Notes: generated by a model not told the origin, from the letters alone. Positions 36,861-45,714 are shown, counted from the first letter of the stretch. The stretch: 49,691 nt of DNA from Clostridia bacterium (GCA_017963755.1 JAGCTF010000113.1:1-49691); one strand, 5' to 3'. Numbers and translations: made by a program.

Positions 36861-37715
36861 ATGGAAAAGTATACGGTACTTTACAACAAACTTTCAGGCG
36901 TTGCCTCCGAGGCTGTTAAAACGCTTGAAACGCTGATCAAGGAGAAGGGCGAAGTTGATATCAGAGATATCACCGCTATCGGAGGATACGAGGAGTTTTT
37001 CAAAGAACTGCCTGACGACTCGAAACTCGTCATCTGCGGCGGAGACGGCACTTTAAACCGTTTCGTCAATGAAGCGGGCGCGTTTATTGGTGAGCGCGAG
37101 ATCTATTACTTCCCCGCCGGCACGGGCAATGATTTTGCGAGAGACGTCGAGCTCGATTTCACAAAGGGTCCCGCCGAGATCAGCAAGTATCTGAAGTCGC
37201 TCCCTACGGTCACGGTGAAGGGCAAGAGCTGCAAGTTCATTAACGGCGTCGGTTACGGCATTGACGGCTACTGCTGCCAGGTCGGTGACGAGATGAAGGC
37301 GAAGAGCGATAAGCCTGTGAACTATACTTCTATCGCAATTAAAGGGCTTCTTTTCCATTTCAAATCCAAGGTCGCCCAGATCACCGTTGACGGGAAAGCG
37401 TATTCTTTTAAAAACGTGTGGATCGCGCCTACCATGATCGGCCGCTTCTACGGCGGCGGTATGAACGCGGCGCCTGCCCAGGACAGACTTTCCGGAGATA
37501 AAACCGTTTCACTCGTTGTTATGCACGGCAGGAGCCGCATAGGCACCCTGATCATATTCCCTTCGATCTTCAAGGGCGAGCATATCAAGCACGAGAAAAA
37601 GGTTTCCGTGATCACCGGTCATAATATTACCGTGAAGTTCAACGAGCCTTCGCCGCTTCAGATCGACGGCGAGACGGTACTTGACGTGAGCGAATATTCC
37701 GTTTCGTTTGAATGA
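36861..37715 (+). CDS. Diacylglycerol-kinase-fold lipid kinase (YegS/BmrU family)
   Basis: LVICGGDGTLNRFVN, YYFPAGTGNDFARD and GGGM motifs of the DAGK catalytic domain. Confidence 0.85.
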   Translation: MEKYTVLYNKLSGVASEAVKTLETLIKEKGEVDIRDITAIGGYEEFFKELPDDSKLVICGGDGTLNRFVNEAGAFIGEREIYYFPAGTGNDFARDVELDFTKGPAEISKYLKSLPTVTVKGKSCKFINGVGYGIDGYCCQVGDEMKAKSDKPVNYTSIAIKGLLFHFKSKVAQITVDGKAYSFKNVWIAPTMIGRFYGGGMNAAPAQDRLSGDKTVSLVVMHGRSRIGTLIIFPSIFKGEHIKHEKKVSVITGHNITVKFNEPSPLQIDGETVLDVSEYSVSFE

Positions 37716-37761
37716 TCATTAAACATTTAAAAATCGTAAGCGCACACAGGCGCTCTAAAAA

Positions 37762-37803
37762 AGCGGGCGGGATCTGAAAACGACCCCGCCCGCTGTTCTT
37801 TTA
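37762..37803. terminator. Bidirectional rho-independent terminator
   Basis: agcgggcggg (37762-37771) pairs with cccgcccgct (37785-37794). A-rich sequence lies upstream and T-rich downstream, so the minus-strand transcript (TPM operon) ends in TTTTTT and the plus-strand transcript ends in GTTCTTTTATT. Confidence 0.75.
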
Positions 37804-37817
37804 TTCGATCCGTTTAT

Positions 37818-37841
37818 TTACCCGGCTATTGACCCGGCTAT
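37818..37841. repeat. 12-bp tandem duplication directly after the stop of the TPM-domain gene
   Basis: ttacccggctat / tgacccggctat match at 11 of 12 positions. The minus strand reads TGA GCA TAG CCG GGT CAA TAG CCG GGT AAA TAA, which gives three further in-frame stops. Confidence 0.85.
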
Positions 37842-37843
37842 GC

Positions 37844-38719
37844 TCAGAATCTTCTGCCTCCTCCGCTGAAGCTGTGCCCTCCCGAAGACGTATGACTTCC
37901 GAACGAAGAACCTCCTCCGGAGCGCGAAGATGAAGAGCTTTCAATGAACGTTTTCGTGACGCTCGTGTTCAAAAATACGTCATTCGCGCCGTTGACCTTG
38001 AACGAATCCGGGATCAGATACTGCGATGCCTGCACCGCCGGAGCCACGGCGCGCATTGACGCCGAGGCCTTTCCGAGGAATATGAATCCGATGATAGCGC
38101 CTATTATCATTGACACGACAGAAAATGCTATTGCCCTTTTAGCCGAAAGCGGGAATCTGCCCTTCGTAAGCAGCGTATCCAGATCGGAGAAATATTTCTC
38201 TACTCCGTCGCCGTACCTTCCGTTCACCATATACGGTTCCATGTCGTCGTCCATATGGTTCACGTTTTCCTCGGTAAAATACTTTTCGGCCTTGCCCGTG
38301 CCGCCGCACCACCAGCCTCTGTCACCCGGTTCCATCGATATAAACATTACTACGCCGCTGTAATCGCTTCCGTAGCCGTAGCCCTTCATGTCGTAGAAAC
38401 TTGTGGCGTACCTGTCGAGGCCGAGACCATAATCGTTATTGTCGGTGACAATGACGAGATCCACCTGGTGTTTTTCTTTCATTTCGGCGAGTTTGCGTGA
38501 AAGTTCCGCTTCCTCCTGCGCCGTAAAAATATCCGCGCCGTCAACGACTCTCGGTTCTGCCGGATCGTTGTGATACACGTCCGAAGATCCGAACCCGTCT
38601 ATCCACCATGAAGGATATCCCGAGACGGTTTCGCCGTAATATCCGCAAACGGATACCGCTCCTGTCAGCGTAAGCAATACAAGTAATGTGATCATAAACG
38701 ATCTTATATATTTTTTCAT
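37844..38719 (-). CDS. TPM-domain (YgcG-like) membrane protein with a Gly/Ser-rich tail
   Basis: Signal/TM segment, then VVDGADIFTAQEEAELSRKLAEMKEKHQVDLVIVT (TPM phosphatase-like domain), a second TM helix, and the tail SGGGSSFGSHTSSGGHSFSGGGRRF. The start is set at MKKYIRSF, with GGAGGG upstream overlapping the preceding stop. Confidence 0.85.
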   Translation of the reverse strand: MKKYIRSFMITLLVLLTLTGAVSVCGYYGETVSGYPSWWIDGFGSSDVYHNDPAEPRVVDGADIFTAQEEAELSRKLAEMKEKHQVDLVIVTDNNDYGLGLDRYATSFYDMKGYGYGSDYSGVVMFISMEPGDRGWWCGGTGKAEKYFTEENVNHMDDDMEPYMVNGRYGDGVEKYFSDLDTLLTKGRFPLSAKRAIAFSVVSMIIGAIIGFIFLGKASASMRAVAPAVQASQYLIPDSFKVNGANDVFLNTSVTKTFIESSSSSRSGGGSSFGSHTSSGGHSFSGGGRRF

Positions 38720-38721
38720 GA

Positions 38722-39891
38722 TCACCCTCCGATAAAGAATCTTAAGAACAGGAACACCAGCGCCGAAACAATAAGGAAAGGTATTCCGAAATACAGCCAC
38801 TTTTTGCCTTTGCTTACCGGAAGTTCTCCGACAACTTTTCCGGTCTGGCCGTTTGCCGCGTAATGATACTCTATTCCGGCGTATTTGCAGTCAAAAAGAT
38901 ATACCGGAAGCATAACGTATTTAACGGAAGAATCGGCCATTGCCATTCTGTTATCCGAAACTTCCACGCTCGAATAATCTGTCACACTGTTTTTCATCAA
39001 AGAAACTACGCTGTTGTTGATCCGCTCCGAAACGCGCGGAAGATTTTCGTCCGGATCCGAGTCAAACCGGTCGGAAACGAAACCCGTGAGGTAGCCGCTG
39101 TTGAATTCGGTCAGCTGGCTGTAATCAAACGGTTCTATCGAATCCATCAGGTCGTTGGGCATCTTGAGGCTCGCGTCAACAGGTATCCGGTCGAAGCTCA
39201 TTTCGGCGTCCCTCTCGAGAGAGTACGAAGAAGTCTCGGTATAGCGGTATTGACCGCTGACGTACGAATTTACTTTATTGCCCTTAAGTGTCATTCCGCC
39301 CTTCATGCTGCAGCTGTAGAGCCAGAAAGGAACGTATATGCCGCGGATCTTTCCTAGCTTGTTATCGTCGAAGAAATGGAACGGAAGCAGTTTTTTACCG
39401 CTGTAGAATTTTCTTACCGCCGCGGGCAATCCGTCCGGCAGTATCTTAAACGGTATTATTCCGTTAGGCTTAAGCCCGGCGGTAACGTTTTCGGTCAATA
39501 TCAGGAAGTTCCCGCAGTAAGGGCACTGTGAAGAAGCCGTTATCGCGTCCAGGACAACTTCAGCTCCGCACGTCTGGCAGAGATATGACTTCGTCCCCTC
39601 CAGCGACTCGTTCTTAAGGTGCTTTTTATATTCCTTCCAGCTGAATTCCTTTGGCGCTTTCTCCTTCGGCTTCTGCGGAGCCCCGGGAATGCCCTCCGTT
39701 CCAGAAGGCTGGGCGGCATTCTGCGCGTTATCAGTTTCCGGTTTCACGCCGTTATTGATGCCGTTCTCCGTCTTCAGAGATTCGACGTCAAACTTACTGC
39801 CGCAGAAGCTGCACGTCACCATTCCGCTCTCGATATTGAACTCAAGGGTGCCGTTGCAGTTTGGACATTTATGCAAAAACATATCGCTCAT
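38722..39891 (-). CDS. Double zinc-ribbon protein with a C-terminal TM anchor; function unknown
   Basis: CPNCNGTLEF...CSFCGSKF and CQTCGAEV...CPYCGN ribbons, a Pro/Lys-rich linker, a globular domain of about 230 aa, and the tail WLYFGIPFLIVSALVFLFLRFFIGG. A GGGAGAA RBS lies 16 nt after the SBP stop. Confidence 0.8.
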   Translation of the reverse strand: MSDMFLHKCPNCNGTLEFNIESGMVTCSFCGSKFDVESLKTENGINNGVKPETDNAQNAAQPSGTEGIPGAPQKPKEKAPKEFSWKEYKKHLKNESLEGTKSYLCQTCGAEVVLDAITASSQCPYCGNFLILTENVTAGLKPNGIIPFKILPDGLPAAVRKFYSGKKLLPFHFFDDNKLGKIRGIYVPFWLYSCSMKGGMTLKGNKVNSYVSGQYRYTETSSYSLERDAEMSFDRIPVDASLKMPNDLMDSIEPFDYSQLTEFNSGYLTGFVSDRFDSDPDENLPRVSERINNSVVSLMKNSVTDYSSVEVSDNRMAMADSSVKYVMLPVYLFDCKYAGIEYHYAANGQTGKVVGELPVSKGKKWLYFGIPFLIVSALVFLFLRFFIGG

Positions 39892-39907
39892 TTTTAAGTT
39901 CTCCCGA

Positions 39908-41314
39908 TCATGTAAGGATCGTCAGCCATTTTTCATTGGCCTGTGTCTGTATTTTTTCAAGTGCCGTCTGGACGTCAACGCTTCCGGAGAATATGCGTCC
40001 GAGCGCGCCGGGTATATTGGAAGTGATTATGTCGGCAACTTCTCGCGGTGCCTGTGTCGATACGAAGCAAGGCTGCGTACAATCGGTGTATGATACGAAC
40101 ACTTTGTAATTTTTATCGGTCCATTCGGTTCCCGGCCCGTACCAGAACGTTTCGTCCGCGAGGGTCTTCAGAAGCGGAACGCTGCTTCCAGTCTGGCTGT
40201 GGTACGCGTGCTGTCCGGCTTCGGTAAGGAAGAACAGCGCAAAAGCAGCGGCAGTATCGGGATTCGTCGTACGGTTATAGACGACGTAACCGGTGGCGTC
40301 GGTAGAAACGTTGTGAGTCGGGAAAGCCGGGAACGGGCAGAAGTTCCAGTCTATCTTCATCCTGTCGTACGCCGTTCCGAGTCTGGTGAGCCACGTCATA
40401 TTATTGAACGTTTTGAAGCAGGCAGATGAAACGTTTGAGTCACCGTCGGGTATCTTGGAAAACTTATCCTTCAAAGATCCGCTGATGCTGCCCATAAGGT
40501 CCTCCGGATAGAGCCAGCCTTCCTGAACTGCATTGACCATCTCGTTTATTCCCGCCATTACTTCCGTGCTGTCGGTGATCGAAACTCTGTGCTCCTTATT
40601 ATCGATCCATTTTCCGCCGTAGCCGCGCATGAACATCTGCCAGACAGGCGCCCAGCCGAGTTTCATCGACGCTCCGACCTGAATGATCTGACCGTTTTCC
40701 TCGATCGTGAGTTGTTTGCAGAGCGCTTTGAAATCTTCCCAGTCGTACGCAACTGTGTTGTCAAAATCAACGCCCGCCGCCTGAATTATGTCGCAGTTGT
40801 AGATCAGCACGGAGATACCGATCTTTCTCGGAACCATGTATAACCTTCCGTCGATCTTTCCGGCGTCAATTGCGCCGGTATAAACGTCGCCGAGGTCAAT
40901 ATTCATAGGTTTGATGTATGAGTCGAGCGGCATGAGCGCGTTATGTACGCTGTGGTAGTTCACCGTATCGTTCGAATCGCACCAGAACACGTCTCCTATA
41001 TCCCCCGCCGAGATGCGCGTGGGATAAGTCGATCTGCTCGCTTCTTCATACTGAACTTTCGTATTCGGAAAAGCCTGCATAAAAGCGTTCACTACGCCCC
41101 TGGGAGCCATAGATTCAGCTTCAGTGCCGCTTTCGTTATTAACCGTAAACTTTATAGTTCCTTTAATATTAAGCTCTTCTATAGTCGATTCCTGATCTAC
41201 GTAACCGTACTGGATCGGTTTTTCGGTGCAGCCGATAAGCCCGGTAACGATAAAGATCAGTACCGTCACTAATGCGATCTTCATAATAACTTTCTTTCCA
41301 GAGAACAATTTCAT
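39908..41314 (-). CDS. ABC transporter sugar-type substrate-binding lipoprotein (family 1), paralog 2
   Basis: Lipobox TGLIGC. The overall architecture is that of an extracellular solute-binding protein. By eye it is roughly two-thirds identical to the next gene (for example, TGYVVYNRTTNPDTAAAFALFFLT is shared). Confidence 0.88.
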   Translation of the reverse strand: MKLFSGKKVIMKIALVTVLIFIVTGLIGCTEKPIQYGYVDQESTIEELNIKGTIKFTVNNESGTEAESMAPRGVVNAFMQAFPNTKVQYEEASRSTYPTRISAGDIGDVFWCDSNDTVNYHSVHNALMPLDSYIKPMNIDLGDVYTGAIDAGKIDGRLYMVPRKIGISVLIYNCDIIQAAGVDFDNTVAYDWEDFKALCKQLTIEENGQIIQVGASMKLGWAPVWQMFMRGYGGKWIDNKEHRVSITDSTEVMAGINEMVNAVQEGWLYPEDLMGSISGSLKDKFSKIPDGDSNVSSACFKTFNNMTWLTRLGTAYDRMKIDWNFCPFPAFPTHNVSTDATGYVVYNRTTNPDTAAAFALFFLTEAGQHAYHSQTGSSVPLLKTLADETFWYGPGTEWTDKNYKVFVSYTDCTQPCFVSTQAPREVADIITSNIPGALGRIFSGSVDVQTALEKIQTQANEKWLTILT

Positions 41315-41344
41315 TTTAAAACCGGCACTCCTTTCTTCGGATTG

Positions 41345-41373
41345 ATTCTACCACACACGCCGCTGTTTTTCAA
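41345..41373 (-). promoter_or_regulatory. Candidate sigma-A promoter for SBP paralog 2 and the zinc-ribbon/TPM genes
   Basis: The minus strand reads TTGAAA - 17 nt - TAGAAT with a TGg extended -10 (ttgaaaaacagcggcgtgtgtggtagaat). Confidence 0.6.
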
Positions 41374-41412
41374 TATAATAAAACTGAAACCCGGAGTTTT
41401 TCCGGGTTTCAG
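41372..41412 (-). terminator. Rho-independent terminator after SBP paralog 1
   Basis: 12-bp stem ctgaaacccgga / tccgggtttcag (41384-41395 and 41401-41412) with a 5-nt loop. On the minus strand it is followed by TTTTATTATATT. Confidence 0.8.
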
Positions 41413-41474
41413 AGTTCATACTATTGCAGCGATCCTTATGGATCTGTTCTGATCAGTATTTTAGCGGCATATGA

Positions 41475-42875
41475 TCAGGAAAGGATCGTCTTCCACTTTT
41501 CATTAGCCTGGGTCTGCATCTTTTCGAAAGCGGTCTGAGCGTCGGCCTGACCGTTAAAGATCCTTGCAAACGTGTTGATCATGTTGTTATTGGAGAAGAT
41601 CTCGGCGATCTCCATCGGAGCCTGAGCTGCGATGTCGGAGGGTTTCGTCTTATCTGTATAAGAAACGAATGCCATATAGTTCTTATCTTCCCAGGGAGTG
41701 CCTACGCCTTTCCAGAAATCTTCATCTGCAAGAGATTTCAGTACGGGAACGTTTCCGCCCTTCTGGCTGTGGTAAGCGGTCTGGCCTTCCGGAGTAAGGA
41801 AGAACAGTGCGAACGCTGCAGCGGTATCAGGGTTGGTAGTTCTGTTATATACGACGTATCCTGTAGCACCTGTGGAAACAGTGTGGGTCGGGAATGCCGG
41901 GAACGGGCAGAAATCCCAGTCGATCTTAAGGCGGTCGTAAGCGTTTCCGAGTCTGGTAAGCCAGGTCATAGCGCCGAACGTCTTGAAGCATACGCCGGAG
42001 ATATTGCTGTCGCCGTCAGGTATCGCATAGGAGATAGCGTTGATGTTACCGGTCATATCCTCAGGATAGAGCCAGCCTTCCTGAACAGCCGCGACGAGCT
42101 CGTTCACACCCTGCATAACTTCGTTGCTGTCAGTAATGGTAACGGTGTGCTCTTTGCTGTTTATCCATTCACCGCCGAAACCGCGGAAGAACATCTGCCA
42201 GATAGGATGCCACCAGATCTTGAAAGCGGCACCGGACTGCTGGATCTTACCGTCTTCAATAACAGTAAGCTGTTTGCAGATATTTTTGAAATCTTCCCAT
42301 GAAGTAGCAACAGTATTATCAAAATCGATACCTGCCGCCTGGAGCATAGTCTGGTTGTAGATAAGGATCTGTTCGCCGATCTTTCTGGGGATCATATACT
42401 GTCTGCCGCCGATCTTACCGATATCGAGAGCACCGGTGTAAATATCACCCATGTCGATATTGAGAGGTTTGAAATATGCGTCGAGAGGCATCAGCGCGTT
42501 ATGGTTCTGCTGATAGTTATTCGCGTCGATTCCGTCTACCCAGAACACGTCACCGATATCGCCTGCGGAAATTCTTGCGGGATACGTCGTTCTGTTTGCT
42601 TCCTCGTAAACAACTTTGGTAGAAGTATATTTTTCCATAAACTTGTTAACAACGTTGCGGGGAGCCATTGCTTCGTCAGCCGTGCCGCTTTCGTTATTAA
42701 CCGTGAATTTGATCGTTCCGCGAATGTTAAGATCTTCTTCTGTCTTTGTCTGGTCAACTTCGCCGTACTGTATAGGAGCTTTTGCGCAGCCGAACACGCC
42801 GATGCAGAGCACTATTGCCAGAGCAAGGAGCGTTGCTCTAAAGATCGCGGAAAGTCTGATGTTGGTTGTTTTCAT
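41475..42875 (-). CDS. ABC transporter sugar-type substrate-binding lipoprotein (family 1), paralog 1
   Basis: Lipobox GVFGC. AGAGG lies 7 nt upstream of the ATG. It is a paralog of 39908..41314. Confidence 0.88.
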   Translation of the reverse strand: MKTTNIRLSAIFRATLLALAIVLCIGVFGCAKAPIQYGEVDQTKTEEDLNIRGTIKFTVNNESGTADEAMAPRNVVNKFMEKYTSTKVVYEEANRTTYPARISAGDIGDVFWVDGIDANNYQQNHNALMPLDAYFKPLNIDMGDIYTGALDIGKIGGRQYMIPRKIGEQILIYNQTMLQAAGIDFDNTVATSWEDFKNICKQLTVIEDGKIQQSGAAFKIWWHPIWQMFFRGFGGEWINSKEHTVTITDSNEVMQGVNELVAAVQEGWLYPEDMTGNINAISYAIPDGDSNISGVCFKTFGAMTWLTRLGNAYDRLKIDWDFCPFPAFPTHTVSTGATGYVVYNRTTNPDTAAAFALFFLTPEGQTAYHSQKGGNVPVLKSLADEDFWKGVGTPWEDKNYMAFVSYTDKTKPSDIAAQAPMEIAEIFSNNNMINTFARIFNGQADAQTAFEKMQTQANEKWKTILS

Positions 42876-42910
42876 ACTCTGACCTCTTTCCTTTCAAGGC
42901 TTCGAAAGTG

Positions 42911-42939
42911 ATTATACTATATTCTTTGCCAAATTACAA
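42911..42939 (-). promoter_or_regulatory. Candidate sigma-A promoter for SBP paralog 1, overlapping the rhaB stop
   Basis: The minus strand reads TTGTAA - 17 nt - TATAAT (ttgtaatttggcaaagaatatagtataat). Confidence 0.6.
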
Positions 42940-44406
42940 CTGCAGTGAAAGTAATTTTTCGTATGCGAGCTCCCAGTCGGCAGGATTCTGAGGAAGATAT
43001 ACGTCCAGCGGGAAAGAATTCGCGACGACTTCCCTCGCCTGATCCAGAGAACCGACTTCTCCGAGCGAAATAAGCTGTGTGGAAAGGTTTCCGATGGCAG
43101 TTGCTTCGATTGGTCCTGCGTATACGGGACGGTTTATAGCGCTTGCGGTAAATCTGCAGAGCGTCTTTTCCTTGCAGCCGCCGCCAACTATGTGAAGGGA
43201 CGGGATCTTATATCCGACGATCTTCTCAAGTCCTTCGATCGCCTGCCTGTATTTAAGGGCAAGGCTCTCCATCACGCAGCGCACGATCTCGCCTTTGGTC
43301 TCGGGTACCTTCTGGCCTGTGCGCGCACAATAATCCTGAACTTTAACGGGCATATTGTACGGCTCAAAGAAATCTGGCGCGTCAACGTCGATTATGGACT
43401 GGAACGGCTTCGCCTGAAGCGCGCCTTCCTCGAGCTCGTCGAACGTGAAGTTCTCGCCTTTCTTCTGCCAGTATCTGCGGCACTCCTGGTTGATCCAGAG
43501 GCCCATGATATTTTTCAGCAGCCTTACGCTTCTGTTAATGCCGCCCTCGTTGGTGTAATTGAGTTCGTACGTAGTGTCGTTGATGATCGGCTTATCGATC
43601 TCGACGCCGAGCAGCGACCAGGTTCCGGAACTTAAGTAAGCGGCCTTCTTATCCCTGAAAGGAACGGAAACGACCGCGGATCCGGTATCATGTTCCGCGA
43701 CGGCAATTACGGGGATCGGATTCACGCCGAGTTCGGAGCAGATCGAAGCGCTTATGTTTCCGATCTTCGTACCCGCGTCAATAACTTTCGGGAAGATCGA
43801 AGGATTGATCCTGCTGTCGACTTTCCTGATCATATCGTACGCCCAGTCCTGTGCGACCGGATCGTACAGCATCGACGTACTGGTTATCGTATATTCGCAG
43901 AATTTCTCGCCTGTAAGGAAGTAGTTGAACAGGTCTGGCACGAACAGCATCGTATCCGCATCCTTAAGAAGCGGATCATCGTTCCTTGCCATCGCGAGCA
44001 GCTGGAACAACGTATTGAACTTCTGGAACTGAATGCCTGTGTAGCCGTAGATCTCGCGCGCCGGAACGCTGGCCGTTGCCGCATCGATCATTCCGTCGGT
44101 ACGGCTGTCTCTGTAATGTACGGGGTTTCCGAGCAGATCGCCTTTCGCGGAAAGCAGTCCGAAATCGACGCCCCACGTATCGACGCCCATACCGGCAAGG
44201 TTTTTATGCCCCGCGTTATACGTCTTGAGTATCCCGGTCTTCATCTCGTGGAAAAGACGAAGGAAGTCCCAGGTAAAAGTATTTCTCATCATCACCGGAT
44301 CGCTTGAGAAACGGTGCATCTCTTCAAGAGACAGCTTCTTACCGTCAAACTTTCCGAGTATCGCTCTGCCGCTGCTTGCGCCGTAGTCAAATGCCAGTAT
44401 TTCCAT
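42934..44406 (-). CDS. rhaB: Rhamnulokinase (FGGY carbohydrate kinase family)
   Basis: Collinear with E. coli RhaB as I recall it: AFDYGASSGR, EMHRF, VDTWGVDFGLL, YRDSRT, GIQFQKFNTLFQL, AAYLSSGTWSLLG, TNEGG, LKNIMGLW, LHIVGGGC, AGPIEATAIGN. GGAGG lies 7 nt upstream. Confidence 0.9.
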   Translation of the reverse strand: MEILAFDYGASSGRAILGKFDGKKLSLEEMHRFSSDPVMMRNTFTWDFLRLFHEMKTGILKTYNAGHKNLAGMGVDTWGVDFGLLSAKGDLLGNPVHYRDSRTDGMIDAATASVPAREIYGYTGIQFQKFNTLFQLLAMARNDDPLLKDADTMLFVPDLFNYFLTGEKFCEYTITSTSMLYDPVAQDWAYDMIRKVDSRINPSIFPKVIDAGTKIGNISASICSELGVNPIPVIAVAEHDTGSAVVSVPFRDKKAAYLSSGTWSLLGVEIDKPIINDTTYELNYTNEGGINRSVRLLKNIMGLWINQECRRYWQKKGENFTFDELEEGALQAKPFQSIIDVDAPDFFEPYNMPVKVQDYCARTGQKVPETKGEIVRCVMESLALKYRQAIEGLEKIVGYKIPSLHIVGGGCKEKTLCRFTASAINRPVYAGPIEATAIGNLSTQLISLGEVGSLDQAREVVANSFPLDVYLPQNPADWELAYEKLLSLQL

Positions 44407-44451
44407 ATTTCATCCTCCAGTCAGAATAAACAGCCTTCAGCGCAGGTCTTC

Positions 44452-45714
44452 TCAGATCGCTTTGGCATTTGCGAGAAGGTATTTCTCGGCTTCGGCGTTC
44501 CACAGGTAGTTATGGCGCGCGCAGATCTCGTCAAGGTCTTTGAAGAGTTTGTCCTTCTTTCCGAGTTCGGCAAAGTCGGAGATAGCAGTAAGCGGAAGGT
44601 CGATGTTCGTATAGATCAGTTTCTTTCCGCCGGGGATCTTCGGGAGATTCATAACGGTGTCGACAACTGCATTGAGGCCGCCGATGTGCGTGATCATTGA
44701 GGCAGTATTAAGTCTTCCGTCGCTCATCATCTTAAGAGATTCGATCATATCGTCGGTGTTTCCGCCGCTGGTGCCTACGAGGTGCGAGCTGTTGTAATGC
44801 ACGTTGTAGAAGTTGAATTCAGCCATGAACGGAGCAGACTTAGGTCCGGCGAAGAAGTTGAGGCAGCCGTCTTTTCCGAGCAATCTGTCGCCCATCTCAA
44901 CGACCGTTCTTACGGGTGCGAAGACCATAACGTCGTCATAACCCTTGCCGCCCGTGAGACCCATAATATATGCCTCAGCGTCGGGCGTGGTGGCGGTGTT
45001 AACGTAAACGAGTTTAACGCCGTGTTTAGCCGCTTCTTCGACGGTGTAGATCGACGCTGCGCGGTCAAGTCTCGCCTGGTCGATATCGGTGACGACGAGC
45101 AGTCCGGGGCGGCGGCGGCAATGTATTGCGTAGTCGATGGCGCCTATTCCCATAGGTCCTACGCCTGCGAGGATCGCCATATTTCCGCCTTTAACGATGC
45201 CCATCTTATGGGTGTATTTTCCGGCGGTGGTGTGGTACATAGCGTGGTACGTACCGACTATGCAGGACATCGGCTCCGCTACGCTTCCGTAGAAGAACGC
45301 TTCGCCCTCATAATCGAGCAGGCAGTTCATCTCCATAACTTCGTTAGGGATGATAACGTATGTAGCGTCTCCGCCGATATACTGATAAGAATAACCGGGA
45401 GCGGCCATCGAGCCTTTGTAGTTCAGTGCAGGCTGAATGGAGAACTTCTGACCGGGTTTGAATTTACCGGCCCATTTTTTACCTACTTTAACGATCTCAC
45501 CGCAGAATTCGTGACCTACGATGACGGGTTTTTCGGCTATATCGGAAGGAACACGCTTGTGCGCGGTGCCCTGCTCCATTGCTTTATATGTGGACATACA
45601 TACGCTGTCGGATATGATGTGCGCAAGTATTTCATCTTTCTTGATCTCGGGAAGCTCAAATTCTTCAAGTCTGAGGTCTTCCTTGCCGTACATTCTTACT
45701 GCTTTGGTTTTCAT
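44452..45714 (-). CDS. Zinc-dependent dehydrogenase of the L-sorbose-1-phosphate reductase (SorE) type
   Basis: MKTKAVRMYGKEDLRLEEFELPEIKKDEILAHIISDSVCMSTYKA...KPVIVGHEFCGEIVKVGKKW closely follows my recollection of the SorE N-terminus. A GVGPMGIGAIDYA Rossmann motif is present. GGAGG lies 8 nt before the ATG at 45714. Confidence 0.82.
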   Translation of the reverse strand: MKTKAVRMYGKEDLRLEEFELPEIKKDEILAHIISDSVCMSTYKAMEQGTAHKRVPSDIAEKPVIVGHEFCGEIVKVGKKWAGKFKPGQKFSIQPALNYKGSMAAPGYSYQYIGGDATYVIIPNEVMEMNCLLDYEGEAFFYGSVAEPMSCIVGTYHAMYHTTAGKYTHKMGIVKGGNMAILAGVGPMGIGAIDYAIHCRRRPGLLVVTDIDQARLDRAASIYTVEEAAKHGVKLVYVNTATTPDAEAYIMGLTGGKGYDDVMVFAPVRTVVEMGDRLLGKDGCLNFFAGPKSAPFMAEFNFYNVHYNSSHLVGTSGGNTDDMIESLKMMSDGRLNTASMITHIGGLNAVVDTVMNLPKIPGGKKLIYTNIDLPLTAISDFAELGKKDKLFKDLDEICARHNYLWNAEAEKYLLANAKAI

